Sequence record: DRR723986_6985
Length of the DNA: 47,821 nt
Reading direction: 5' to 3' (one strand)
Shown: positions 25,361 to 34,009 of the stretch, in pieces
Layout of the letters: every line of letters starts with the position of its first letter
How positions within the stretch are numbered: the stretch's first letter is position 1
Notes under the pieces: model-generated
The model's database searches: none
What the model was told of the DNA's origin: nothing
The model's input: only the letters and a program-made list of their open reading frames with translations
Translations under genes and position numbers: made by a program

Positions 25361-25822
25361 CTAGATTGGAAGGTCGCGGGCATCCGCGATCGATTCCATG
25401 GTCATGTACGACGTGACCGTATCCAGATCGACTTTCTCGATCAGGCGCTGATAGACGCGGTCGAAGGCATTCATGTCTTCGGCCACGACTTTCAGCATGT
25501 AGTCGTAGTCTCCGGCAATCCGGTAGAAATCGATCACGTTCGGAATGGCCACCACTTCGCCCCTGAACCTTTCCAGCCACTCCTTGGAATGGTGCCGGGT
25601 CCGGATCATCACGAAGACCGTGAGATTCAACCCGAGCTGCGCCGGGTCCAGCCGGATCGTATGTCCTTCAATCAATCCACTGTCGTACAGCGTTTTCAAC
25701 CGGCGCCAGCAGGCGTTCTGGGAAAGACCGACCTTGTCGGCAAGGTCTCTTTGCGAAAGACGTGCGTCGCGTTGCAGGGCGCGCAGCAGCGCGCGATCAA
25801 TATGATCGAATTTTTTCTCCAT
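25361..25822 (-). CDS. Lrp/AsnC regulator (DecR-like)
   Basis: DRALLRALQRDARLSQRDLADKVGLSQNACWRRL; FYRIAGDYDYMLKV. Confidence 0.9.
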   Translation of the reverse strand: MEKKFDHIDRALLRALQRDARLSQRDLADKVGLSQNACWRRLKTLYDSGLIEGHTIRLDPAQLGLNLTVFVMIRTRHHSKEWLERFRGEVVAIPNVIDFYRIAGDYDYMLKVVAEDMNAFDRVYQRLIEKVDLDTVTSYMTMESIADARDLPI

Positions 25823-25926
25823 GCTCGATCAATTGACACGATCTGGAGCGTAAAACAATCGAATGAGGTGAAGATATCCCAGTGAAAGGGGTCGTATGAT
25901 CCGAAAAAGGCGTTTCGGAGCACAAG

Positions 25927-27393
25927 ATGACCCAAAAAACAGGCACGGCACTCGATCATTTCATCGAGGAACTGAAATCTCCGGACCTGGTTTCCCGCCT
26001 GCGCGCGGGATTGATCGGCGAGGGGGCAACCATCTCAGGCCCGTTTGGCGAGCGCGAGCTGATCTATGCCGACTACGTCGCCTCCGGGCGGGCACTGCGC
26101 CAGGTCGAGGATTTCGTTCTGGAAGAAATCCTGCCGGTCTACGCGAACAGCCACACCGAGGCTTCCTACTGCGGCAGCGCAATGACACGAATGCGCGAGG
26201 CCGCGCGATCTGAAATCGCCCGCATTTGCGGGGCTGACCTGGGCTACGCGACGGTCTTTTGCGGCTCGGGGGCAACCGCGGGCCTTAACCGGCTTGTACA
26301 TCTTCTTGGTGTTTCAGCCGCGGCAGAGCAGGGCGAACAGCCACTTGTTGTGATCGGTCCCTATGAACATCACTCAGACATTCTGCCCTGGCGCGAGAGC
26401 GGAGCGGAGGTGATCGAGATAGACGAAGCGGAGACTGGTGGACCTGATCTCGCCGAGCTGGAGGATGTCTTGCGCAAGGCTGGGTCCGGCCGGCTGATTG
26501 TTGGAGCATTTTCGCTGATGTCCAACGTAACCGGCATCGTTACCGACGACGTGGCGGTCACACACATTCTGAAGCGTTACGGCGCGCTCAGCGTTTGGGA
26601 TTGCGCGGGTTCCGGCCCTTACCTCCCGGTAGATATGAAAGCCGGCACGGATGCCCAGAAAGATGCGGTTGTTGTCTCGCCGCACAAGTTCATCGGTGGG
26701 CCAGCCGCGTCAGGCGTCATGATCGTGCGCAAGGAAGCTGTCAGCAAGGCGACACCGGTCTTTCCGGGCGGAGGGACGGTACGCTTCGTCTCACCCTGGG
26801 CTCACGATTATTCAGACAATCTTTCAGCCCGCGAGGAAGCCGGTACGCCGAACGTGATCGGCGATATCCGGGCGGCGCTCGCCTTTCTGGTCAAGGAAGC
26901 CATTGGGCAGCGGCTCATGGACGAGCGGAACGCCGCCTGGCGCGCCAAAGCGCTGGCGGTCTGGCGTGACAATCCGGCGATCGAGATCCTCGGAAACGAC
27001 AAGGCCCGTCACGTGCTACCCGTGTTCTCGTTCCGTGTGAAGGATCTGGAACGCGGAGGCTATGTGCACCAGCAGCTCGTCACCCGCATGCTGTCGGACA
27101 TCTATGGCATCCAGGCCCGTGGCGGCTGCGCCTGTGCCGGGCCCTATGCCCATCGGTTGCTGGATATCGGTCCGGAACAGTCCGAAGCGTTGAGGGCCGG
27201 CATTCTTTCCGGTGAAGAACTGAAGAAACCCGGCTGGACACGGCTCAATTTTTCAGTGCTCATGACAGTAGACAAGGCGGACAAGATCATTGCCGCCGTC
27301 GAAGATCTGGCGCTGCATCCTTATCCGGCCGCGGATTACTACGCGTGCGATGAAACCACGGCCCGGTTCAAGGCCATGCAAGACGCTGCTTGA
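25927..27393 (+). CDS. Class V PLP-dependent enzyme (cysteine desulfurase / C-S lyase-like)
   Basis: YADYVASG, EHHS, SNVTG, PLP-Lys in SPHK, EEAGTP, QARGGCACAGPY Cys loop. Confidence 0.85.
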   Translation: MTQKTGTALDHFIEELKSPDLVSRLRAGLIGEGATISGPFGERELIYADYVASGRALRQVEDFVLEEILPVYANSHTEASYCGSAMTRMREAARSEIARICGADLGYATVFCGSGATAGLNRLVHLLGVSAAAEQGEQPLVVIGPYEHHSDILPWRESGAEVIEIDEAETGGPDLAELEDVLRKAGSGRLIVGAFSLMSNVTGIVTDDVAVTHILKRYGALSVWDCAGSGPYLPVDMKAGTDAQKDAVVVSPHKFIGGPAASGVMIVRKEAVSKATPVFPGGGTVRFVSPWAHDYSDNLSAREEAGTPNVIGDIRAALAFLVKEAIGQRLMDERNAAWRAKALAVWRDNPAIEILGNDKARHVLPVFSFRVKDLERGGYVHQQLVTRMLSDIYGIQARGGCACAGPYAHRLLDIGPEQSEALRAGILSGEELKKPGWTRLNFSVLMTVDKADKIIAAVEDLALHPYPAADYYACDETTARFKAMQDAA

Positions 27394-27409
27394 AGGACAC
27401 CAAGTCGAA

Positions 27410-28198
27410 ATGTGCCGCTGGGCTGCCTGGAGCGGAGCTCCCAAATACCTGGAAGAAGTCATTTGCGATCCGGCGCATTCGCTGATCGACCAGAGCCGCA
27501 ACGCGCTGTCCTGCAAGACATCGGTCAATGCCGACGGGTTCGGCGTTGCCTGGTACGGCGACCGGGACACCCCTTGTGTCTACAAGGACGTCCGGCCCGC
27601 CTGGTCGGATCCAAACCTGTTGCAGATCTCCAAGCACATCCGGTCTCGCCACTTCCTGGCACATGTGCGCGCCTCAACCGGAACGGCGACCACGCGGGAC
27701 AACTGCCATCCTTTCACGTTCCAGCGCTGGACCTTCATGCATAACGGTCAGGTCGGCGGCTACGACAAGGTGAAGCGCCGCCTCGACAACATGATCCCGG
27801 ACGACCTCTACCGCGACCGCATTGGCGGCACCGACAGCGAAAGTCTGTTTCTCGTCGCGCTCGCCTATGGACTCAATCTGCACCCGCGCGCGGCCATGGC
27901 GAGAGCTGTGTTCGAAGCAGAAGCCCTGTCCAAATACGCCGGAACGACGCCTCACATGCGGTTTGCTGCCGGCTGGTCGGATGGTGAAACGCTCTATGCC
28001 GCCCGCTATGCATCGGACAACCTGGCGCCAACGCTCTATTACCGGGTGTATGACGACGGTGTGATGGTGGTGTCAGAACCGCTTGATGAAGCCCGCGGAT
28101 GCTGGATGGAAGTGCCTCAGGGCCAGATGATCGAGGTCAGGGACGGCAAGGTGAACCAGGTTGCCTTCCTGAGTGATGAACAGCTCGCTGACGCCTGA
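27410..28198 (+). CDS. Class II glutamine amidotransferase / Ntn hydrolase (EgtC/Dug3-like)
   Basis: N-terminal MCR (Cys2 nucleophile), NADGFGVAWY, PAWSD, AHVRA, NCHPF, HNG, TDSE, SEPL. Confidence 0.88.
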   Translation: MCRWAAWSGAPKYLEEVICDPAHSLIDQSRNALSCKTSVNADGFGVAWYGDRDTPCVYKDVRPAWSDPNLLQISKHIRSRHFLAHVRASTGTATTRDNCHPFTFQRWTFMHNGQVGGYDKVKRRLDNMIPDDLYRDRIGGTDSESLFLVALAYGLNLHPRAAMARAVFEAEALSKYAGTTPHMRFAAGWSDGETLYAARYASDNLAPTLYYRVYDDGVMVVSEPLDEARGCWMEVPQGQMIEVRDGKVNQVAFLSDEQLADA

Positions 28199-28204
28199 TT
28201 TTCC

Positions 28205-28239
28205 GGACTGACCTGCCAGGACTGACCTGCCAGAACTGA
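28205..28239 (+). repeat. 14-bp tandem direct repeat (2 perfect copies plus a partial third)
   Basis: GGACTGACCTGCCA GGACTGACCTGCCA GAACTGA. Confidence 0.85.
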
Positions 28240-28248
28240 ATTGTCAGA

Positions 28249-28269
28249 TGAGGCTGGACGGCAGCCTCA
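28249..28269. terminator. Hairpin between convergent genes
   Basis: TGAGGCTG-gacgg-CAGCCTCA; no U-tract. Confidence 0.4.
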
Positions 28270-28296
28270 GTGGCAGAAATCGCCAACGGCTTGACC

Positions 28297-28668
28297 TCAG
28301 ACCGGCGTTTCGATCCAGTGCCAGGCGATATCGATTTCATCCCGGTCGAAGTGTTTTTCCTGAATGCCGACCATCCGTGCAAACGTGGCGTCGATCGCAA
28401 CGAGGGCGGCAAGCAACTTGCTGTCCGTAACGATGGCGATCTTGTTGAGATGCTGCATGTTGGCAAGCACCCACCGGATGTCCGTCTTGGCAGCCTCGAA
28501 GAAAACGCCGACATGATCGCCAAGAACGACCAGAACGCTGATCTTGCCCTGATCTTCAATCATCTCCTCGGCCTTGGCGATCAGGTTCTTTTCCTGATCA
28601 ATATCGATTTTTCCGGAAATCTCGACACCGAGAACGGCACCCTGGCTGCGGGGCAGAATGGTGTACAT
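28297..28668 (-). CDS. STAS/SEC14 (SpoIIAA-like) domain protein
   Basis: VLGVEISGKI...KIAIVTD...KHF...AWHWI pattern; SD GGAGG; 123 aa. Confidence 0.8.
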   Translation of the reverse strand: MYTILPRSQGAVLGVEISGKIDIDQEKNLIAKAEEMIEDQGKISVLVVLGDHVGVFFEAAKTDIRWVLANMQHLNKIAIVTDSKLLAALVAIDATFARMVGIQEKHFDRDEIDIAWHWIETPV

Positions 28669-28807
28669 GCTGGTTCCTCCGGCAGTGACTGGACGGCACA
28701 ACCTGAAGGGTAAACCCAAACACGAAAAATAAGAACCTGCCTGACCTTTTTTGCTGACCGCCCGGCAAGGCGTCAGGCACCCTTGAGCGGCAAAGTCTCA
28801 GGTGCAA

Positions 28808-29428
28808 TCAGGCGATTTCCCGTCCTGCGCCCGTCATCATGGTGCGGGTCAGCTCGTCGACTTCGTCACGCAACTGGCGCGTGAGAGCACTGCAATCGGT
28901 GCGATCACGGCCGTAACCCAGGTTGAACTCATAAAATGAAGGTGCTTGCCTTGGCATCAGAACGTGCTGAAGCATGGTCTCCAGCTTGTCGAACGCCTTG
29001 GCAAGTCGGGCTTCAGAGGTTCGTGCCGCTGCATACTCATCCCAGAGGGAGGTCAGCTCGCCAGCCACGTCACCCGGCAGAGGTTCGCACAAGGTCAGAA
29101 AGTCCCGCCTCTCGCGTTCCTGCCGGTCGTCGCCCGGCGTCTGGAGCGGAGCGGGGACATCTCCGGAGATGGCTTCGCCCAGGTCATGCACAAGCGTCAG
29201 TTTCAGGAGTTTGAGCAAGTCGATTTCTTTCAGCTCTGGTTCGAACAACAGAACCATCAAGGCCAGTCGCCAGCTATGTTCGGCAGTGCTCTCCGGCCTG
29301 CCGCCGGTTGTCGTTCCCGAGCGAAGCGTGTCTTTCAACTGCTCTGCAGCCTGAAGGAAATCCAGCAGGCCTGTCAGTCTGGTGTGGGGAATTTCAGGAA
29401 GATCGAGGGAAGGGGGCGTCTTTGTCAT
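28808..29428 (-). CDS. HD-domain hydrolase (YfbR/HDDC2-like 5'-deoxynucleotidase)
   Basis: ESTAEHSWRL, LVHDLGEAISGD, AFDKLE. Confidence 0.85.
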   Translation of the reverse strand: MTKTPPSLDLPEIPHTRLTGLLDFLQAAEQLKDTLRSGTTTGGRPESTAEHSWRLALMVLLFEPELKEIDLLKLLKLTLVHDLGEAISGDVPAPLQTPGDDRQERERRDFLTLCEPLPGDVAGELTSLWDEYAAARTSEARLAKAFDKLETMLQHVLMPRQAPSFYEFNLGYGRDRTDCSALTRQLRDEVDELTRTMMTGAGREIA

Positions 29429-29477
29429 GGTAGCCAGATTATTGCGGGCCACCGCGCCAGGCGAGTTACCGCATAAT

Positions 29478-30047
29478 TTATGCGGCATCCTGTTCTTCAC
29501 GGACCAGCCGCGCAAACCGTCCGTCTGACAGCGGCAGGCGCGAAATCCGGATGGTGCTCTCCGGGATGGTCATTTCCGGGAAATCAACGTGTTCCGTTCG
29601 GTAGACAATGTCAGGAGCATCCGGCTCGAACCAGCCAAAGTCGGTCAGTCTGTGCTCTGTTGCCCGAATGCCTTCGGACGCAAAACGCCACAGGGGCCGG
29701 TTCAGAAACTCGTTCACCGGCGCGCGCCATTCGCAGGCACGCGGAACGGACATGGCCAGCAGCCTGTGTGTGAGGTCGCAGACCAGATGCACGGGAACCG
29801 CGGACCGGGAGACAAGATCAAGCAGGGCCTTGTCGGCGGCGCTCTCCGGACGTGCCCTCAGCAGACGGGTGATCTTCGCCCTGTCGCTGTCGTCCGGCTG
29901 CGACTTGCCGCTCTCCCAGCGCGATATCCTCGTCTGCGAGACGCCGAGTTCATGCGCCAGGGCTTCCTGCTTGACCCGGTTCAGTACGCGCCAGCGCCGC
30001 AGCGACGGACCAAGACTGCTTTCAAGAACGGCGGTTTCTGTTTGCAT
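29478..30047 (-). CDS. XRE-family HTH regulator with a C-terminal PAS-like region
   Basis: LRRWR...KQEALAHELGVSQTRISRWESG; the C-domain call is tentative. Confidence 0.78.
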   Translation of the reverse strand: MQTETAVLESSLGPSLRRWRVLNRVKQEALAHELGVSQTRISRWESGKSQPDDSDRAKITRLLRARPESAADKALLDLVSRSAVPVHLVCDLTHRLLAMSVPRACEWRAPVNEFLNRPLWRFASEGIRATEHRLTDFGWFEPDAPDIVYRTEHVDFPEMTIPESTIRISRLPLSDGRFARLVREEQDAA

Positions 30048-30134
30048 GGCGCAAGTGTAACGCGTCCCGGGAAATTTGTGCAGCGGGAAAAGAAGCACGG
30101 CTCACCTGAGCAGGTGTCCGCGCCACCTGTTGGA

Positions 30135-30761
30135 TCAGCGGTACTTCTCGATGAATGCGTCGATCGACAACTTGCGAAAATCGGGCAGCCGTTGCTTCAG
30201 CTCTTCATGGGACCAGTCCCACCAGGAGATATCGATCAGCGCCTGTTCCTGCTGTTCGGTAAAACGCCGTTTGATTTCCCTGGCGGCCACACCGCCAACA
30301 ACGGTGTAAGGGGCGACATCCTTGGAGACGACTGCCCCGGCAGCAACAATAGCTCCGGTGCCGATCGAGACGCCGGCAAGCACGGTGACATTGTGGCCGA
30401 TCCACACATCATGGCCAATGGTGACCCAGTCGTCCTTGCGCCACTGGAAGAAATCCGCGTCGTCCTCGCCAAGGTCATAGGCAGCAGCGCGGTAAGTGAA
30501 ATGGTGCTGGGAGGCGCGCCAGGTTGCGTGGTTTCCCGGATTGATGCGGACGCGTCGGGCGATGGAACAGAACTTGCCGATGGTCGACCAGACGACATCG
30601 CCTTCCTGCACGATATAGGAATAGTCCCCCATGCTGCTTTCGCGCATTTCCGTGCGTGCGCCAACCTCGGTCCAGATGCCGAGATCACAATTCAGCACCC
30701 TGGCCTCCGGGTGAATGTTCGGGGCTTCGGTCAGGGAAGGCTTCTGGGTCGGGGCGGACAT
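30135..30761 (-). CDS. Hexapeptide-repeat acetyltransferase of phosphonate loci (CatB/DapH-like)
   Basis: [54 protein letters not shown]; next to phnCDE. Confidence 0.85.
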   Translation of the reverse strand: MSAPTQKPSLTEAPNIHPEARVLNCDLGIWTEVGARTEMRESSMGDYSYIVQEGDVVWSTIGKFCSIARRVRINPGNHATWRASQHHFTYRAAAYDLGEDDADFFQWRKDDWVTIGHDVWIGHNVTVLAGVSIGTGAIVAAGAVVSKDVAPYTVVGGVAAREIKRRFTEQQEQALIDISWWDWSHEELKQRLPDFRKLSIDAFIEKYR

Positions 30762-30826
30762 GGATGCTCCATATAGCGTTGGAAGGAGTGCGGAAACGGT
30801 TTGTAGCCGTGTTGCTGGCACCGGTC

Positions 30827-30855
30827 GTGACGCTTTGATGACACTGGCGTGACTC
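30827..30855 (-). promoter_or_regulatory. Pho-box-like triple direct repeat upstream of the acetyltransferase
   Basis: Minus strand GAGTCAC-gcca-GTGTCAT-caaa-GCGTCAC with 11-bp period. Confidence 0.55.
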
Positions 30856-31044
30856 CCTTCACTTTTTTTGCATGCATCCACAGCGGTGAAAACGGCATTT
30901 GGCGGGTAGAAGCCTTGTATTTGAGCACTGATTTCCGAGTGAATTTCAGCCAGGCATGTGTGACACCGAGGGGGCTCGGAAAGCGCTGAGAGCGCTGCGG
31001 AATTCCCGACGGAGATGGTTGTTCTGCCGATGCTTCAGGCAGGG

Positions 31045-31106
31045 ATGTCATTGATTTGTCATAAAATTTTGGGCTCCCCGACAAAGGAATGTCATTTTTC
31101 TGTAAT
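31045..31106 (+). promoter_or_regulatory. Two Pho boxes (PhoB sites) upstream of phnC
   Basis: ATGTCAT-tgat-TTGTCAT (31045-31062) and ATGTCAT-tttt-CTGTAAT (31089-31106), 44 bp apart. Confidence 0.75.
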
Positions 31107-31160
31107 GGTCCGGTTGCTCTTGTCGCGCAGCACGACGAACACAACGGACAGGGCTGGCGC

Positions 31161-31994
31161 GTGATTCAATTTCAGGAAGTCACCAAGACCTTCGGGTCTC
31201 GGACCGCGGTCAACAAAGTAAGTTTTAATATCGAAAAACCGCAGATGGTCGGGATCATCGGTCGGTCAGGTGCCGGCAAGTCAACCTTGCTGCGCATGAT
31301 CAACCGGCTTACCCCCGCCAGCGCCGGACAGATCCTGTTCGATGGCCGGGACATTCTCAGCCTGAAAGGCGGCATGATGCGCCGCTGGCAGCGCGACTGC
31401 GCAATGGTGTTCCAGCAGTTCAACCTGGTGCCGCGCCTGGATGTTGTCACCAACGTCATGTTGGGGCGCCTCAACGGTCACGGCACCTTGAAGAGCCTCT
31501 TCAACATCTTCAGCCAGGAAGACGTCAATTCCGCGCTTGGTGCGCTCGACAGACTGGGCATTGCCCAGGAAGCCACCAAGCGGGCCGAGGAGTTGTCCGG
31601 TGGTCAGCAGCAGCGTGTTGCGATTGCCCGCGCTCTTATGCAGGACCCGCACATGATCCTGGCGGACGAGCCGATTGCCTCGCTCGATCCGATGAATGCC
31701 AAGATCGTCATGGATGCGCTGCGTGAAATTCACGAGCGCGACAACAAGATCGTCATTTGCAACCTGCACACGCTCGACACCGCCCGGACCTATTGCGACC
31801 GGGTGATTGGCATGCACGACGGTTTCCTCGTGTTCGACGGGGCGCCGGAAGCGCTGACCACAGCCGTCGCACGCGAAATCTACGGTGCCGATGAGAGCTT
31901 TAACGAGGCGGCGACATCCACCGCCATCGATGCCGGCCAGTCCGGTTCCAGAGAATCCGCCGGTGCGATGACCCCGGCGGCAGCAGCGGTCTGA
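31161..31994 (+). CDS. phnC: Phosphonate ABC transporter ATP-binding protein
   Basis: [42 protein letters not shown] start. Confidence 0.92.
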   Translation: MIQFQEVTKTFGSRTAVNKVSFNIEKPQMVGIIGRSGAGKSTLLRMINRLTPASAGQILFDGRDILSLKGGMMRRWQRDCAMVFQQFNLVPRLDVVTNVMLGRLNGHGTLKSLFNIFSQEDVNSALGALDRLGIAQEATKRAEELSGGQQQRVAIARALMQDPHMILADEPIASLDPMNAKIVMDALREIHERDNKIVICNLHTLDTARTYCDRVIGMHDGFLVFDGAPEALTTAVAREIYGADESFNEAATSTAIDAGQSGSRESAGAMTPAAAAV

Positions 31995-32052
31995 TCCGGC
32001 TGCGCACCCGCTTAACGTCATCAAAATTGAGAACTCTCGGGGAGTGTCCCAA

Positions 32053-32967
32053 ATGAAACTCGTTGCTAAAGTTGCTGCGCTTGCTGCCGTCAGCATGATT
32101 GCTCTGAACGCTTCTGTTGCAGGTGCAGCGGAAATCACGGAATTCCGTATCGGCCTACTCGGCGGCGAAAATGCTTCCGACCGTCTGCGTGCCAACGAAT
32201 GCCTGCGCGAAAAGACCGAGGAACTGCTCGGCGTTCCGACAAAGCTGTTTGCTCCGGCAGACTACAACGGCGTAATCGAAGGCCTGCTCGGCGGTAACCT
32301 CGACATGGCCTGGCTCGGTGCTTCCGGCTACGCAAAAGTCTTCCTGACCGACCCGGAAGCCGTTGAGCCGGTGCTGGTCAAGGTCAACAACGACGGCAGC
32401 TACGGCTACTACTCCATCGGTTTTGCCCGCGTCGACAGCGAGATCAACTCCCTGGAAGACATGAAGGGCAAGACCTTCGGCTTCGGCGACCCGAACTCCA
32501 CGTCCGGTTACCTGATCCCGTCCATCGAAATCCCGAAACTCGGCTACTCCATGAAGCCGGGTGAGTATTTCTCCGACGTCGTCTTCACCGGTGGTCACGA
32601 GCAGACCATCGTTGCCGTATTCAACGGCGACATTGCCGGCGGTGTGACCTGGGCTGACGGTCTTGGCGAATGGGAAGACGGCTACAATTCCGGCGCTCTG
32701 CGCAAGGCAACCGATGCGGGTCTGGTCGACATGACCGAGATCAAGGAAATCTGGCGTTCGCCGGTGATCCCGGAAGGCCCGGTTGTCCTGTCCAAGAAGC
32801 TGCCGGACGACATCAAGGCAAAGATGACCGAACTGATGGCCAACCTCGTCAAGGAAGACAAGGAATGTGGTTACGGCGTGATGGCCGGTGAAGCACGCGG
32901 CTTCGAACCGATCACCCATGCGGCTTACGAATCCATCGTCGCTGCCCGTAAGGCAAAGAGCGAGTAA
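32053..32967 (+). CDS. phnD: Phosphonate ABC transporter substrate-binding protein
   Basis: Signal peptide; ADYNGVIEG, GDPNSTSGYLIP, GGHEQ. Confidence 0.92.
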   Translation: MKLVAKVAALAAVSMIALNASVAGAAEITEFRIGLLGGENASDRLRANECLREKTEELLGVPTKLFAPADYNGVIEGLLGGNLDMAWLGASGYAKVFLTDPEAVEPVLVKVNNDGSYGYYSIGFARVDSEINSLEDMKGKTFGFGDPNSTSGYLIPSIEIPKLGYSMKPGEYFSDVVFTGGHEQTIVAVFNGDIAGGVTWADGLGEWEDGYNSGALRKATDAGLVDMTEIKEIWRSPVIPEGPVVLSKKLPDDIKAKMTELMANLVKEDKECGYGVMAGEARGFEPITHAAYESIVAARKAKSE

Positions 32968-32986
32968 TCGGAAGTTCCGATCTCCG

Positions 32987-33009
32987 CGCGGGCCGGTCTC
33001 CGGCCCGCG
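32987..33009 (+). other. GC-rich hairpin after phnD (mRNA stabiliser-like)
   Basis: CGCGGGCCGG-tct-CCGGCCCGCG. Confidence 0.6.
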
Positions 33010-33149
33010 TATTCTCAAGTATCGGCCAGCGGAATCGACTTTCCGCCAGAAGTGGCTCCACAGGGCCAGGATCGCCAGGTTTCGAAGGATTGATCCAGCT
33101 AAGCCACCCCGCTTCGGATGAAGTGAGCATCAAGTAAAGGTCCCAAACA

Positions 33150-33998
33150 ATGGCTGTTGCCGCACTCGAGCAGGAAATCCTGTCCATGCGCAAACGCCGC
33201 CAGCTCTATTCGTTGATAGGGTTGCTGCTGGTCGTAGCGGTTCTGGTCTCCGGTTATTCGAAATCCAATTCGATGAATTCCGGTGGATTTATTCAGGGTC
33301 TTTCCAAGTTCTTCGACTATCCGGGCGAGATCGTCGTTGAAGCCTTTGAAGCCGGCCCGGCCTTTTTCTCGCTGATGCTGCAGTTCGTTCCGGCCATGCT
33401 GGAAACCTTGAACATTGCCGCGGTTGCGACCCTTCTGGGCGGCGCGATGGCGGTGGTGCTGGCCATGGCCTCCACACGCAATGTCGACAGCTGGGGACCG
33501 TTGATCCCGGTGGTTCGCCGCATCATGGACATCACACGTGCCTTTCCCGAACTGATCATTGCCCTGTTCCTGATTTTCGTACTCGGCTCCAGCCCTGTAC
33601 CAGCCATGATCGCCGTTGCGTTTCATACCGCAGGTGCGCTCGGCAAACTCTTTTCCGAAGTGAACGAGAACATCGACCGCAAGCCCATCGAGGGCCTGTC
33701 GGCTTGTGGGGCCGGCTGGCTGCAACGCATCCGGTTTGCGGTGCTGCCCCAGGTGGCGCCGAACTATCTCAGCTATTTCCTGCTGCGCCTTGAAATCAAT
33801 GTGCGTGCTTCTGCCATTCTCGGCTTCGTCGGTGCTGGCGGCATCGGCCAGGAACTTCGCCGCACGATCGGCTGGGGCAAGGGTGCAGGCGATGAAACCG
33901 CCGCTATCTTCGTCCTTCTGTTCATAACCATCATGGCCATCGACCAGCTGTCGTCCTATCTGCGCGGCAAGCTGGTCGGGTCCGGCCGGGCGCATTGA
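33150..33998 (+). CDS. phnE: Phosphonate ABC transporter permease
   Basis: GALGKLFSEVNENID, LEINVRASAILGFVGAGGIG. Confidence 0.92.
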   Translation: MAVAALEQEILSMRKRRQLYSLIGLLLVVAVLVSGYSKSNSMNSGGFIQGLSKFFDYPGEIVVEAFEAGPAFFSLMLQFVPAMLETLNIAAVATLLGGAMAVVLAMASTRNVDSWGPLIPVVRRIMDITRAFPELIIALFLIFVLGSSPVPAMIAVAFHTAGALGKLFSEVNENIDRKPIEGLSACGAGWLQRIRFAVLPQVAPNYLSYFLLRLEINVRASAILGFVGAGGIGQELRRTIGWGKGAGDETAAIFVLLFITIMAIDQLSSYLRGKLVGSGRAH

Positions 33999-34009
33999 GG
34001 GGAAATCTC

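Noticed and set aside
28808-29428. PhnZ phosphonate dioxygenase
   Set aside because: Motifs (ESTAEHSWR, HDLGEAISGD, DKLE) match the YfbR/HDDC2 type; no phnY nearby.
30135-30761. Chloramphenicol resistance gene (catB)
   Set aside because: Same fold, but the HHFTYR motif, Pho-like boxes and phn context point to the phosphonate-associated family.
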